In this document: in pieces, positions 63,958 through 64,000 of the stretch | Layout of the letters: each line of letters starts with the position of its first letter | How positions within the stretch are numbered: position 1 is the stretch's first letter | DNA from: Octopus bimaculoides | Lineage: Eukaryota | NCBI RefSeq assembly: GCF_001194135.2 | Contig: NC_068983.1 | Span: 20,443,687-20,507,686 of the forward strand | DNA: 64,000 bases | Direction of reading: 5' to 3' | Notes under the pieces: model-generated | Seen by the model: the letters and a program-made list of their open reading frames with translations, nothing else | Database searches by the model: none | Told to the model about the DNA's origin: nothing | Program-made: the position numbers and the translations under genes

Positions 63958-64000
63958 TAATATATATATATTTATTATATATATACATATATAAACCTGT

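Overview
AT-rich, repeat-saturated eukaryotic genomic DNA from a draft assembly, with ten N gaps totalling about 3.8 kb. The SINE families, the (TA)n/(CA)n/(AAT)n/(ATCT)n microsatellites and the gap style point to a coleoid cephalopod, most likely Octopus (inference, no search run). I cannot support any complete protein-coding gene, and nearly all ORFs in the track are microsatellite or gap artefacts. The window reads as a large intron or intergenic region. It contains more than 35 copies of at least four tRNA-headed SINE families, labelled A-D here. It also holds a pogo/Tigger-like MITE, an internally deleted mariner, a piggyBac-like TTAA MITE, a Gypsy-like LTR with PBS, RTE and CR1/L2-type LINE relics, and Penelope-like ends. 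The best lead is a short element at 12448-12744 (-). It joins a Pol III tRNA-like head (A and B boxes) to a type-I minimal hammerhead ribozyme fold, and further hammerhead-like relics are scattered through the window. Other leads are a pre-miRNA-sized near-perfect hairpin (10966-11031), a 51-bp-arm foldback built on a 21-nt unit (61962-62087) and a 5-unit 23-nt array with variable spacers (14301-14409). There are also a circularly permuted SINE (63784-63957) and a candidate 54-nt frame-preserving microexon (24749-24802, -). Boundaries of decayed repeats are approximate.
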